In this document: in pieces, positions 1 through 9,180 of the stretch
Position numbering within the stretch: the stretch's first letter is position 1
How the letters are laid out: each line of letters opens with the position of its first letter
Assembly (NCBI GenBank): GCA_025058345.1
Contig: JANXEN010000004.1
Span: 50,929-114,928 of the forward strand
Origin: Sulfolobales archaeon
GTDB taxonomy: Archaea; Thermoproteota; Thermoprotei_A; Sulfolobales; NBVN01
DNA length: 64,000 nucleotides
Direction: 5' to 3'
Position numbers and translations under genes: made by a program
The notes under the pieces: model-generated
What the model was told of the DNA's origin: nothing
The model's input: only the letters and a program-made list of their open reading frames with translations
The model's database searches: none

Positions 1-529
1 TATCATAGAATACTTTCTCAAGCCTCCTATCAGAGAGTGGATTGCTAACTATTTTAAAATTCTTTAAAGGTGCGGAAGGACCTTGAGGGGGTAAGTGCTC
101 ATCAAAAAATATCCTAGGTTTCGGTACTTTCTCAAAAACCATTTCAGTATCTACAGAATTTACTGTAAGGGCCAATTCTTGGAGACTTTTAACGTACTTA
201 TTGTTTACGTCATTAACTAACGTCACGTAAGTACCTCTAATCAAAGAATATCGAAACCCTAAAATCTCGTTTAATGATAGGTTAACCCATTCTTCTGGCG
301 AATCATATATTGATGTATCACCAATCTCTGGCGGTGCGGCAGGTCCTAAACTAACGTAAGGATAACCATACCTACCAACGAACAGTGATGGTGGTGAAGA
401 GCCATAAATGTTGTTACTTCTTATTCTTGAATCGTTAATTATCATCCTAAGCATGAGGGGACAATACGATAGGCCGCATAGGTTTTTCCCACCTCTACAC
501 TTAACGCATGCACTTCCATTAATTTGCAT
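1..529 (-). CDS. Nre-family (COG1602-like) putative DNA-repair protein, N-terminal part; gene continues beyond the left window edge
   Basis: Own minus-strand translation from ATG 529-527: MQINGSACVKCRGGKNLCGLSYCPLMLRM...GRYGYPYVSLGP..., open to base 1. The N-terminal Cys knuckle resembles archaeal Nre proteins as I recall them. Absent from the ORF track because it is edge-truncated. Confidence 0.45.
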   Translation of the reverse strand, partial: MQINGSACVKCRGGKNLCGLSYCPLMLRMIINDSRIRSNNIYGSSPPSLFVGRYGYPYVSLGPAAPPEIGDTSIYDSPEEWVNLSLNEILGFRYSLIRGTYVTLVNDVNNKYVKSLQELALTVNSVDTEMVFEKVPKPRIFFDEHLPPQGPSAPLKNFKIVSNPLSDRRLEKVFYD

Positions 530-831
530 GGTAGTCAATCCCTTTTCCTAACCACCTAGTATAATACTTATTGAAATTAGGTATAAAGTTAACTAAACTA
601 CTAAACCCAGTTTAGTCTAAAGCATTGTTTCAAAAGACCTGATAATGTAACAGAGCCTCATTACCTTTATGGGTTTACGTATTTCTCTTATTCTCCTCTT
701 CATTTTATTAATGATATTTTAAGTAAGATATAGCATTATAGAAAAATTATAAAATAATTACGCAGTCTTAAATTTATAAAAAAATAAAGTTTTTAATCTA
801 AGTAATTATACTTATTTCTTGTGGTGAAATA

Positions 832-1575
832 TTGTATATAAATCCAGCTAAATGTGTAGCATGTACACATTGTGTCCCTTATTGCCCTACAAGCGCTATT
901 CAAATAGTTAGTGAAGCTGGAAGGACTTTTGCAAAAATCGATGAAGATAAATGCGTTGAATGCTGGATATGTTATAGAGTTGCTAGATGTCCTAAAGATG
1001 CATTTGAGCCAACCCCGCCTGAGAAGATGCCATTTGTAAGAAGGCTTAAGTTCTTCTTCGCATCAGCAACTGCCGTATGGCCTGAGACAGGTATGGCTGG
1101 TAGGGGTACTGAGGAAATGAAGACTAACGATGTTACAGGTAGGTTTAAATTCGGTGAGATCGGTTTCGCCCTCGACATGGGTAGGCCTACAGGTGTAGGT
1201 GTTAGAGTATCAGATGTCGAGAAAATGTGTAAGGCTATAGCTCCATACGTTGTGTTTGAAATGGAAAACCCAGTAACGAAGTTGTTAATAGACCCTAAGA
1301 CCGGTGAAGTACGCAGCCCTGAACTACGTAACGTTTACCTACTCTCAGCAGTTGTCGAAGCTAAGACGTCAAAAGAGTTAGCACCTAAGGTACTAGAAAT
1401 CGTTAGGGAAGTTAGCAAGGAATTAAACACTGTAATATCTGTTGGGTTAGTATGCCGTGTAAAGCCTGATGGTGAACCTGAGGCTTACGAAGTACTCAGG
1501 CAAGTCGGTATAGAGCCGAGACCAAACATGAAGATCAACATAGGTTTAGGTAAACCATTTGTTGGGTGGGAGTAA
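832..1575 (+). CDS. Ferredoxin-domain protein (2x[4Fe-4S] N-terminus) fused to an uncharacterised ~185-aa domain
   Basis: Motifs CVACTHCVPYCP and CVECWICYRVARCP in the first 55 aa. TTG start. Stop overlaps the next gene as TAATG (1573-1577). Confidence 0.7.
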   Translation: MYINPAKCVACTHCVPYCPTSAIQIVSEAGRTFAKIDEDKCVECWICYRVARCPKDAFEPTPPEKMPFVRRLKFFFASATAVWPETGMAGRGTEEMKTNDVTGRFKFGEIGFALDMGRPTGVGVRVSDVEKMCKAIAPYVVFEMENPVTKLLIDPKTGEVRSPELRNVYLLSAVVEAKTSKELAPKVLEIVREVSKELNTVISVGLVCRVKPDGEPEAYEVLRQVGIEPRPNMKINIGLGKPFVGWE

Positions 1576-2204
1576 TGACACACACACTTCATAGGCAAGG
1601 TACGTACGAAGAACTTAAGGAAGACTTCATAGTGCTTGTAATGTCCGCCAAGTGGTTTAATGATAAAGGAGCTGCACCTAAATTAGCAGAAGCTCTGAAA
1701 ATATTGAATAAATATTCTCCAGTAAACACTGGAGATATGACTCAGGCAAGCATGTATAGAGCAGGATTCGGTATTAAACCGGTAGAGAAGTTATTGCAGG
1801 GCTGTCATGACAGGTCTATATTCCATGGTGTTTACACCGATTTAGAAACTGTGAAGAAGGTCGTTGATGAATTGAAGGCTGCAGACCTAGGTATGTCGGT
1901 AGTTATAAGTGGTCTTTATAATGAGGTTAAGAAAATAACGAGACCGCATACAGTTAATTTATCGATAGGTATTTGGGGGAAGACAGAGCTGTTACCTAAG
2001 CATGAAGAAGTACTCAAGATATGCACTATGTGTGGCCATCAATTCGTGTCAAGACACCTGGTAATGAAGTTGGCTCAGGACGTTAAGAGAGGTAGAATTA
2101 CAGCTGAAGAAGCTGCTGAAGTAATGGCTGCATGCTGTAGTTGCGGCATATTCAACCCAGTGAGGGCTATAAAGCTAGTGAATCAGCTTATTCAAAAGAT
2201 ATAA
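1566..2204 (+). CDS. Uncharacterised Cys-containing protein, translationally coupled to the ferredoxin-domain gene (likely start ATG 1575)
   Basis: ORF of about 209-212 aa with Cys motifs CTMCGH and CCSCG. TAATG overlap with the upstream gene. No family recognised. Confidence 0.6.
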   Translation: MGVMTHTLHRQGTYEELKEDFIVLVMSAKWFNDKGAAPKLAEALKILNKYSPVNTGDMTQASMYRAGFGIKPVEKLLQGCHDRSIFHGVYTDLETVKKVVDELKAADLGMSVVISGLYNEVKKITRPHTVNLSIGIWGKTELLPKHEEVLKICTMCGHQFVSRHLVMKLAQDVKRGRITAEEAAEVMAACCSCGIFNPVRAIKLVNQLIQKI

Positions 2205-2228
2205 TTTAATTTATCAACCATTTTAACG

Positions 2229-2234
2229 TTTTTT
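2229..2234 (+). terminator. Oligo-T tract (T6) 25 nt after the stop of the 1566-2204 gene
   Basis: Read directly. Archaeal termination commonly uses oligo-T tracts. Confidence 0.3.
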
Positions 2235-2262
2235 AGGTTTACCTTTCTAAGCATCTTATAAG

Positions 2263-3549
2263 TTGAAATACTTAACGTTTATAAGGGTTTTAGGTAGAAG
2301 TAAGAAGGTGGTTATTGTGAGTGTTCAAAAGTCCTTAGTTGGTGTATTGATTGTCTTGGTTATCGTTGCTGGTGTTGGCGGTTATTTCGCAGGTTCTTCA
2401 GCCGCCCCACCGCCGAGGACTATAACCTCAGTAGTCACTCAAACAGTAACTACTACTGTTGCAGCAGCTACAGTAACACGTACTGTAACTACAACACTCC
2501 CAGCTCAGACAGTAACTTCAACAGTAACACTACCACAGCAAACGATCACAATAACAGTAACTAGAACACCAACTCCAACACCTACTGTAACTCCAATACC
2601 TCCATCGCCGCCACCATATTGGCCGAAAGAAATTATAATAAGAGTTGGTGGTATCGGAGGCGCCTGGTATCCGATTGGCGCCGGATTAGGAGACCTGATT
2701 TCCAAACATCTTAAAGTTCAGTCCACAGTTCAGCCAGGTGGTTCAGGCCCTAATATATTAGCCTTATCTAAGAATGAAGCTGATATTGGGATGGCTTATG
2801 CTTGGCAGTCTGCGGTTGCTAAAGACGAGAGAGCTGCGAGGGAGTATTGGGGAGAGCCTATAAACTTCAGTAACGTAAAACTTCTTGCTGGGGGACTTTA
2901 TAGTCAGGTCTACCAGGCGGTGAAGCTTAAGGGGTTCCCAGCAAATAACTTCAAAGAATTAGCTGATATGGTTAAGGCAGGACAGAGGGTAGCTATAGGC
3001 ACTAACATTAGAGGTACTGCTGAGGAATATACTGTTAGGACTTTGCTTGCTAGATATGGAGTAACGTATGATGATATTAGAAGAGCTGGAGGTACGGTAT
3101 TCCTAGGTGCTCATACAGATGTTGTTCAAATGATGAGGGAAGGTAAGATACAGGTTTATGTTGCTTTCGGTGGTGTCCCATACAGTGCGATGGTTGAAGC
3201 CGATACAACGATGGAGTTAGAACCATTTACATTGACTGAGGAAGAGTTTAAGTTCATGACTGAAAGCTTCGGCTTCAAGAGAACTGTAATACCGAAGGGT
3301 TCTTATAGGTGGGTTAAGGTGGATTATCCAACAATAACTGATTATCCAGTCTTTCTATGTAGGGCTGGGCTGCCAGATGACTTTGTCTACTTCGCTGCCA
3401 GGCTTCTTGACGAGTATAAAGACACAATTTCGGCGGCTGCGAAGTATTTTGCTGAATACGACCCAAGTAAGGGATGGCAGTTAGGTGGTTTATGGGACCT
3501 CCATCCAGGGGCAGCTAAGTACTATAAAGATAAAGGCTATATGCCTTAA
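2263..3549 (+). CDS. TAXI-family TRAP-type solute-binding protein, membrane-anchored via an N-terminal helix and a Thr/Val/Pro-rich stalk
   Basis: N-terminal TM segment (LVGVLIVLVIVAGVGGYF). About 65-aa T/V/P low-complexity linker. TAXI-like core beginning IIIRVGGIGGAWYPIGAGLGDLISKHL. Confidence 0.75.
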   Translation: MKYLTFIRVLGRSKKVVIVSVQKSLVGVLIVLVIVAGVGGYFAGSSAAPPPRTITSVVTQTVTTTVAAATVTRTVTTTLPAQTVTSTVTLPQQTITITVTRTPTPTPTVTPIPPSPPPYWPKEIIIRVGGIGGAWYPIGAGLGDLISKHLKVQSTVQPGGSGPNILALSKNEADIGMAYAWQSAVAKDERAAREYWGEPINFSNVKLLAGGLYSQVYQAVKLKGFPANNFKELADMVKAGQRVAIGTNIRGTAEEYTVRTLLARYGVTYDDIRRAGGTVFLGAHTDVVQMMREGKIQVYVAFGGVPYSAMVEADTTMELEPFTLTEEEFKFMTESFGFKRTVIPKGSYRWVKVDYPTITDYPVFLCRAGLPDDFVYFAARLLDEYKDTISAAAKYFAEYDPSKGWQLGGLWDLHPGAAKYYKDKGYMP

Positions 3550-3558
3550 ATTAAGTCA

Positions 3559-3564
3559 TTTTTT
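3559..3564 (+). terminator. Oligo-T tract (T6) 10 nt after the TAXI gene stop
   Basis: Read directly. Confidence 0.3.
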
Positions 3565-3616
3565 AATAATTATTCATATCTATTTTTAAGCAATTCTCGA
3601 CGGTTTTACTAAGAGG

Positions 3617-4828
3617 GTGTGGATAATGAATAAATGGATAATTTTAATGTGTTCCACGACTGTAATGATGGTTATAAGTATTTATCAATATTCATGGTCG
3701 TTATACGCTTATGCCATTAGCGATGAACTTAGATGGAGCATCACCACTATTTCATTAGCCTTTACGATATTTGTCTATGCTTCTACATTCATTCAACCAT
3801 TCTCAGGGTTTCTAGCAGATAAATATGGGTCAAGGAAATTAGCGTTGATATCGTCGACCTTAGTTGGTCTGGGGTTCCTACTTTCTTCATACGTTTCAAG
3901 TCCCACAGAATTATATCTTACTTACGGGTTGGGATCGATTGGTGTAGGCACTCTGTACGGCATAGCAACCGCTACGGCAGTGAAGTGGTTCCCTGAACGT
4001 AAAGGGCTTGCTACCGGCATAGTAACTTTCGGATTCGGTGCTGGGGCTTCTTTATTTAACCTACCTATTCAGGGATTAATTAGTGCTGGCGGATTTCGCA
4101 TGGCCTTTACTTACGTGGGGTTATTTATGTTGGTGGCGTTAGCGCCTTTTTCTTACTTATTGATATACCCAAAGGGTGGTACGCAGAGGAAACTAGGGAA
4201 TAAGCAGGTCACTGACGTCAACTATACGCCATTCGAAATGCTTAGAACCAAGCAGTGGTACTTAATATATTTAACTTTCATAATAACGCCTGCTGCTGCA
4301 TTAATGTTTGGAGCTCAAATTAAATTAATGGCATCGGAGTTCAACATACCGACATCATATCTAAATATCGTTTTGGTTACGTTCCCTCTTGCTAACGGTT
4401 TAAGTAGAATTATAGCTGGGATCATATCTGACCGCATTGGTAGGGAATTAACAATGACTTCGTTTTATTTACTACTAGGCACTTCATTACTGGGGTTATC
4501 ATATCTTGGTGGATCTCCTTCAATGTTCTTATTATTTACTCTTGCAGCTTCGCTGCTTGGTGGAGCTCCTTACACATTTTACCCATCAATAATAGGGGAT
4601 TATTACGGGGTTAGATACTCAACAGTAAATTACGGAATAACATATACTGCGAAGGCTTGGGCCGGTCTTATTTCTGGATGGATAACAGCTTATTTGGTTG
4701 AAACATACGGAAGTTACACATTACCACTAACTACCATCGCTCTTCTCTGCATTGTTGCGGCATTGTTAAGCTCACCTATTATATTAAAACCTCCAAAGAG
4801 ACATGTAAGTGATAGAGCATTAAGATAA
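3617..4828 (+). CDS. MFS transporter (oxalate/formate antiporter-like)
   Basis: 403 aa with about 12 hydrophobic segments. MFS loop motif GFLADKYGSRK between TM2 and TM3. Confidence 0.75.
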   Translation: MWIMNKWIILMCSTTVMMVISIYQYSWSLYAYAISDELRWSITTISLAFTIFVYASTFIQPFSGFLADKYGSRKLALISSTLVGLGFLLSSYVSSPTELYLTYGLGSIGVGTLYGIATATAVKWFPERKGLATGIVTFGFGAGASLFNLPIQGLISAGGFRMAFTYVGLFMLVALAPFSYLLIYPKGGTQRKLGNKQVTDVNYTPFEMLRTKQWYLIYLTFIITPAAALMFGAQIKLMASEFNIPTSYLNIVLVTFPLANGLSRIIAGIISDRIGRELTMTSFYLLLGTSLLGLSYLGGSPSMFLLFTLAASLLGGAPYTFYPSIIGDYYGVRYSTVNYGITYTAKAWAGLISGWITAYLVETYGSYTLPLTTIALLCIVAALLSSPIILKPPKRHVSDRALR

Positions 4829-4829
4829 G

Positions 4830-5597
4830 GTGTTTAATGTGGCATCTAAGTTAAGTTCTGAAGAGTTAGTGGTTAAGTTTTTCAGCAGGTTGTTTGAAAT
4901 TACTCGTAAAGGTGATGGAAATGAAGACTCGATTAAGGAATTGACAAGCATGCTTGAAGGTGTGACTGAGTCTGATGAAAGCGGTTTTTACTCAGTAATT
5001 TACTTACTTCTGCTGAACTTACCTGACGACTTACTTAAATTAAGTGATAAGGATAGAATTAAGTATTTCCTGAAGTCTCATAAAGCCTTAGTAGCTAGTT
5101 TTAGGAAAGTACTTAGGATATGGGTAGGTAACCAGAGGGAAATTATAGAGTACTTAGAAAATTCTGGTGTCGCTGACCACCCGTTAGCCAACGTATTTGT
5201 AATTAGCGAAATTCTCGGTCTGCTAGATCCTTTAAGTCCTGACACATTCGTTATTAGGGGTAATATCTACTTAAACTACCTTAAAATACTTAAGGAGTAT
5301 GAAGCGAAGGCAGGCCTTCCCCTAAAGGTTCAGGCTGATAGAGCGTTTAAAAATGCGTTGGAGCTTTACTCAAAGGCAGTTAGCATGGACATTAATTGTT
5401 ATGAAGGTTACTTAGGGTTGGCACGTCTCTATACATTAGTTAATGATTTAGATCAGGCTCTCACTAATTATGAAAATGCTCTAAGGTGTAGGAGGTCTTG
5501 TGAAGTACTTAAGGAGGTCGCAGATATCTATATTCTTAAAGGACTAAATGATGTTGCGTATAGGTATCTAGAGGAATGTAAAGACGATGTAAAGTGA
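4830..5597 (+). CDS. Hypothetical protein with C-terminal TPR-like repeats
   Basis: GTG start 2 nt after the MFS stop. C-terminal helical repeats (YEGYLGLARLYTLVNDLDQALTNYENAL...). Confidence 0.55.
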   Translation: MFNVASKLSSEELVVKFFSRLFEITRKGDGNEDSIKELTSMLEGVTESDESGFYSVIYLLLLNLPDDLLKLSDKDRIKYFLKSHKALVASFRKVLRIWVGNQREIIEYLENSGVADHPLANVFVISEILGLLDPLSPDTFVIRGNIYLNYLKILKEYEAKAGLPLKVQADRAFKNALELYSKAVSMDINCYEGYLGLARLYTLVNDLDQALTNYENALRCRRSCEVLKEVADIYILKGLNDVAYRYLEECKDDVK

Positions 5598-5721
5598 TTG
5601 TGTTCTATTTAATAATATTTTCTTAATAGTTGTTGATCTATCAATCTCTTAAAAGTAATTATTATGTAAATTATAATCAAAAACTTATTATTCGCTGTAG
5701 TTTAGTCATTAAAGGGTTATA

Positions 5722-6771
5722 ATGGTTAGAACTGCTGTAAAAGTTCTAGTAAATGGTTATGGAGTTATCGGGAAGAGGGTTGCTGATGCAGTAATTAAGC
5801 AAGATGATCTAAAGTTAGTAGGGATTTCTGACGTAGTTGCTGATTGGAGAGTTAAAATGGCACAGGCTAAAGGAATTAATGTCTATGCTTCCTTGCCTGA
5901 GAAAGTTGATGAAATGAAGAAAGGTGGTGTACAGGTACATGGCACCCTTGAAAATTTGCTTAGAGACGGTGATGTTGATGTAGTTGTCGATTGCACGCCA
6001 GCTAAGGTGGGCGCTAAGAATAAGTCTTTGTATGAGAAGTATGGTATTAAGGGGGTTTTCCAGGGTGGGGAAAGACATGAAGTTGCTGGTATATCTTTCG
6101 TAGCTCAGAGAAATTACGAGGATGCTTTAGGTAAGCAGTTTGTCCGGGTCGTTAGCTGTAATACCACCGCCATATGTAGAGTTGTTGGAGGACTACATGA
6201 AAGGCTTGGTGTTAGTAAGGCTAGGGTGGTGATAATTAGGAGGGCGGTCGACGTTTGGGAGTCCAGCCGCACCGGAATTATGAACACCGTAGTTCCTGAG
6301 CTTCATATACCTTCTCATCATGGGCCAGACGCTCAGACAGTCATACCAAGTCTTAACATAACTACTTTAGCTGCTAAAGGGAGTCATAACTTATACCACC
6401 TCCATATGGCGATGGTGGAGTTAAAGAACCAGGTGAGGGTAGAGGATGTCATCAATGTCTTGGAAAGCGAGCCTAGGATAGTTTTTGTAAGCGGTTCCGA
6501 TGGTGTGGAAGGACTTAACTCTATATTTGAAATATCTAGAGATTTAGGTAGGTCTAGAGGGGATCTCTACGAGGTCCCTGTATGGTACGACAGTATTTCA
6601 GTATCACATGACGGTAAGGAGGTCTACTTAATATGGGCGACCCCAAACGAATCGAACGTAATTCCAGAAAACATAGATGCTATAAGGTCTATTACAGAAC
6701 TTGAATCAAATCGCTTCAACTCAATTAAGAAAACAGATACGTCTCTAAACGTTATTAAGAAGTTATATTAA
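5722..6771 (+). CDS. gap: Glyceraldehyde-3-phosphate dehydrogenase, archaeal type II (phosphorylating)
   Basis: VLVNGYGVIGKRVADA Rossmann N-terminus and catalytic SCNTT motif. The 349-aa length is typical of archaeal Gap. Confidence 0.9.
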   Translation: MVRTAVKVLVNGYGVIGKRVADAVIKQDDLKLVGISDVVADWRVKMAQAKGINVYASLPEKVDEMKKGGVQVHGTLENLLRDGDVDVVVDCTPAKVGAKNKSLYEKYGIKGVFQGGERHEVAGISFVAQRNYEDALGKQFVRVVSCNTTAICRVVGGLHERLGVSKARVVIIRRAVDVWESSRTGIMNTVVPELHIPSHHGPDAQTVIPSLNITTLAAKGSHNLYHLHMAMVELKNQVRVEDVINVLESEPRIVFVSGSDGVEGLNSIFEISRDLGRSRGDLYEVPVWYDSISVSHDGKEVYLIWATPNESNVIPENIDAIRSITELESNRFNSIKKTDTSLNVIKKLY

Positions 6772-7965
6772 GTCTTTAGGGATAATTGAAGATGCGTATG
6801 GAAGTATTAATACATCACCACTACCAACTAATTCAAAGCCGTATTTAATTGCTGTCTCCACATTATTTGCTTTTTTATATAGCTTAGACTCCTTAATATT
6901 ATTTGACACTATTACTATTTCTGACTTAGTAGCTATTCTAGCTATAGCATATGCCTTATGGTATCCTAAATCGAATTTCTCTTTAATAAAATTAATCACA
7001 TCCTCAGGCCCCATATTCGAGTATATAATTTCCTCCGTCTTATTTTCTCCAATACCCTCTTTACACTCAGCAAGTAGTATGATCACACCTCCAGGTCTTA
7101 CACATTTAAATGCTACCTCTAACGCTTTATGAGCCTGATACAGATTAATGTCCTTAGGATATCCCCCAGGTGATGCGACAACTATGTCGTATTTCCTGCC
7201 AATTTCAACCCCGTATAACTCATTAAACATTTTAACTGCTTCTCTATGCGCCTTTATAAAGTGTCCAGAAAAACAACCTAAAATCTCCTTACTCTCACTT
7301 AAGACTACATTTACGATGAAGTTAAGGTCAGCCATGCTTGCAGCTTCCTCTATATCCATTCTAACAGGATTCCCATCTATACGTCCTAATTCTGCTCCTG
7401 GCAGTAACATCATCTTATGGTTTTCCTTTATGCTCTCGTACGAAGCTATGCCTGGAAGTATGCTCTTGCCACCGCCACTATATCCAGCGAAGTAGTGGGG
7501 GTCAACATTAGCTATGGCTATCTTTAAATCCGAATTAAGTGCTAATGAGTTAATGGATATAGGTGTCCCTCGACTGGTTTTACCTAAGTAACTTAAGGAA
7601 TTAAAGTCTCTGCAGTCATGGTCTAGAACTCTGAAATTATTAAATATGTCAACACCTAACAGTTTAATCCATTCACCTACGGTATGCCGCCTATGTATCC
7701 CTGTAGCAAAGATTATGTATATATTTTCTTTTCGCACACCTAAGGAAAGCAATCTATTTACAACTACAGGAACTATCTTACTTGTAGGGCAAGGTCTAGT
7801 TATATCACTTACTATTAACGTGACTGTCGAATTAGTATCTAATAATTCCCTCAAATTTGTCTGGTCGATGGGGTTATCAAGAGACTTGGAAATGATCTCT
7901 ACTTCATCTTTAGGCCCTGGTATATGTTTTGGTGTTATGGTAGTAGCACTTAAATGTTCGATCAT
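6763..7965 (-). CDS. larA: LarA-family (nickel-pincer cofactor dependent) 2-hydroxyacid racemase/epimerase homologue
   Basis: Motifs SDITRPCP, ATGIHR, PHYFAGYSGGGKSILPG, ENHKMM and YQAHKAL match the LarA catalytic/NPN-binding positions as I recall them. A conserved N-terminal strand (FSIPYG) lies upstream of the listed ATG (see findings). Confidence 0.75.
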   Translation of the reverse strand: MIEHLSATTITPKHIPGPKDEVEIISKSLDNPIDQTNLRELLDTNSTVTLIVSDITRPCPTSKIVPVVVNRLLSLGVRKENIYIIFATGIHRRHTVGEWIKLLGVDIFNNFRVLDHDCRDFNSLSYLGKTSRGTPISINSLALNSDLKIAIANVDPHYFAGYSGGGKSILPGIASYESIKENHKMMLLPGAELGRIDGNPVRMDIEEAASMADLNFIVNVVLSESKEILGCFSGHFIKAHREAVKMFNELYGVEIGRKYDIVVASPGGYPKDINLYQAHKALEVAFKCVRPGGVIILLAECKEGIGENKTEEIIYSNMGPEDVINFIKEKFDLGYHKAYAIARIATKSEIVIVSNNIKESKLYKKANNVETAIKYGFELVGSGDVLILPYASSIIPKDLI

Positions 7966-8116
7966 TATATAGCTATTGCCGTACGGAATCGAAAATTTCG
8001 TATCCTACACCTCTAACATCACGTAATAAATTTCTTCATTAAGTTATAAATGTAATTATCAATGATGATTATCTGTTCGTGGTGTTAAGATTTTTAAATT
8101 TGATAAATAAAGTGTA

Positions 8117-9136
8117 TTGGGTGGAGTTGTAATGGTGTTATCGTTAGGAATTTCTAAAACTATGTCATTAGTTATTGTGGTGTTGTTAGTTGCGGTAGTT
8201 GCTGGAGGGATTTACTACTACTCTGCAGTCACAGCCCCTCCACAATATCCGTCAAAACCTATTACATTTATAGTGTCTTGGTCAGCGGGGGGAGGTACAG
8301 ACCGTACCGCCAGAATGATTGCTGCATTGTTAGAAAATATGAGTGGTTGGAAAACCGTAGTAGAGAATAGAGTTGGTGGTGGGGGTACTGTAGGGCATCT
8401 AGCGATGGCTACAGCATCTCCGGATGGTTATACTGTTGGCATTATAACTTTCGAATTATCTACTTTTGAATGGATGGGTTTAGCAAACGTGTCTTATAAA
8501 AACTTCAAGCCAGTATTACTATACAACAGGGATCCTGCTGCAGTAATTGTTAGAGCGGATGCCCCATGGAAGGACGTCATAGAGCTTACTAATTACATAA
8601 AGGCAAATCCGGGGAAGTTAAAAGCTTCAGGTACTGCTAAAGGCGGTGTTTGGGATATAGGTAGAATTGGATGGTTAAAAACAGCTGGTGTAGATCCGGA
8701 GGCATTACCTTGGGTACCTAGTACTGGTGCAGCGCCATGTCTTCAGGAATTAATTGCTGGTGGTATTGATATATGTACATGTAGTTTGCCTGAGGCTGGG
8801 CCTCTCATCGAGGCTGGTAAAGTTAAAGCGTTAGCCGTGATGGCAGATGAGAGGAATCCAGCATTCCCTGACGTACCTACCTTAAAAGAGAAAGGGATTA
8901 ATTGGGCTTTCGGTACGTGGAGAGGAGTTGCAGTACCTAAAGATACCCCAGACCATATAGTTAAGACGCTTCACGACGCTATCAAGAAGGTCATAGATTC
9001 TCCGCAATGGAAAGATTTTATGAGTAAAAACGGTTTCGGGATGGCTTATTTACCTTCCAGTGAATTCGCGAAGTTCCTAGAGAATGACTATAAGGTTGTT
9101 GGCGAACTTCTAAAGGCAGCCGGCTACGTGAAGTAA
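8117..9136 (+). CDS. tctC: Tripartite tricarboxylate transporter, substrate-binding subunit (TctC/Bug family)
   Basis: N-terminal TM/signal, then PITFIVSWSAGGGTDRTARMIA and the GTW.G..VPK.TP motif typical of Bug/TctC. Followed by tctB and tctA. Confidence 0.85.
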   Translation: MGGVVMVLSLGISKTMSLVIVVLLVAVVAGGIYYYSAVTAPPQYPSKPITFIVSWSAGGGTDRTARMIAALLENMSGWKTVVENRVGGGGTVGHLAMATASPDGYTVGIITFELSTFEWMGLANVSYKNFKPVLLYNRDPAAVIVRADAPWKDVIELTNYIKANPGKLKASGTAKGGVWDIGRIGWLKTAGVDPEALPWVPSTGAAPCLQELIAGGIDICTCSLPEAGPLIEAGKVKALAVMADERNPAFPDVPTLKEKGINWAFGTWRGVAVPKDTPDHIVKTLHDAIKKVIDSPQWKDFMSKNGFGMAYLPSSEFAKFLENDYKVVGELLKAAGYVK

Positions 9137-9180
9137 GCAAGTATTCATTAACTTAACAAAACTTTTTATTCATTTTTACG

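Noticed and set aside
669-722. A 17-codon hydrophobic micro-ORF (MGLRISLILLFILLMIF) in the 300-nt spacer upstream of the ferredoxin-domain gene.
   Set aside because: It is too short and too AT/T-rich-driven to distinguish from chance, and there is no obvious promoter spacing. I noted it only.
8005-8007. The idea that the TAG after the GTG of larA is read through or recoded (for example pyrrolysine-like).
   Set aside because: TAG clearly terminates several well-supported genes in this window, with stops at 33303-33305, 37991-37993, 41855-41857 and 48617-48619. Nothing suggests a recoding signal.
8062-8068. A C-box-like ATGATGA in the larA-tctC spacer, as a possible C/D box sRNA.
   Set aside because: No CTGA D box or C'/D' pair occurs at the required spacing downstream on that strand.
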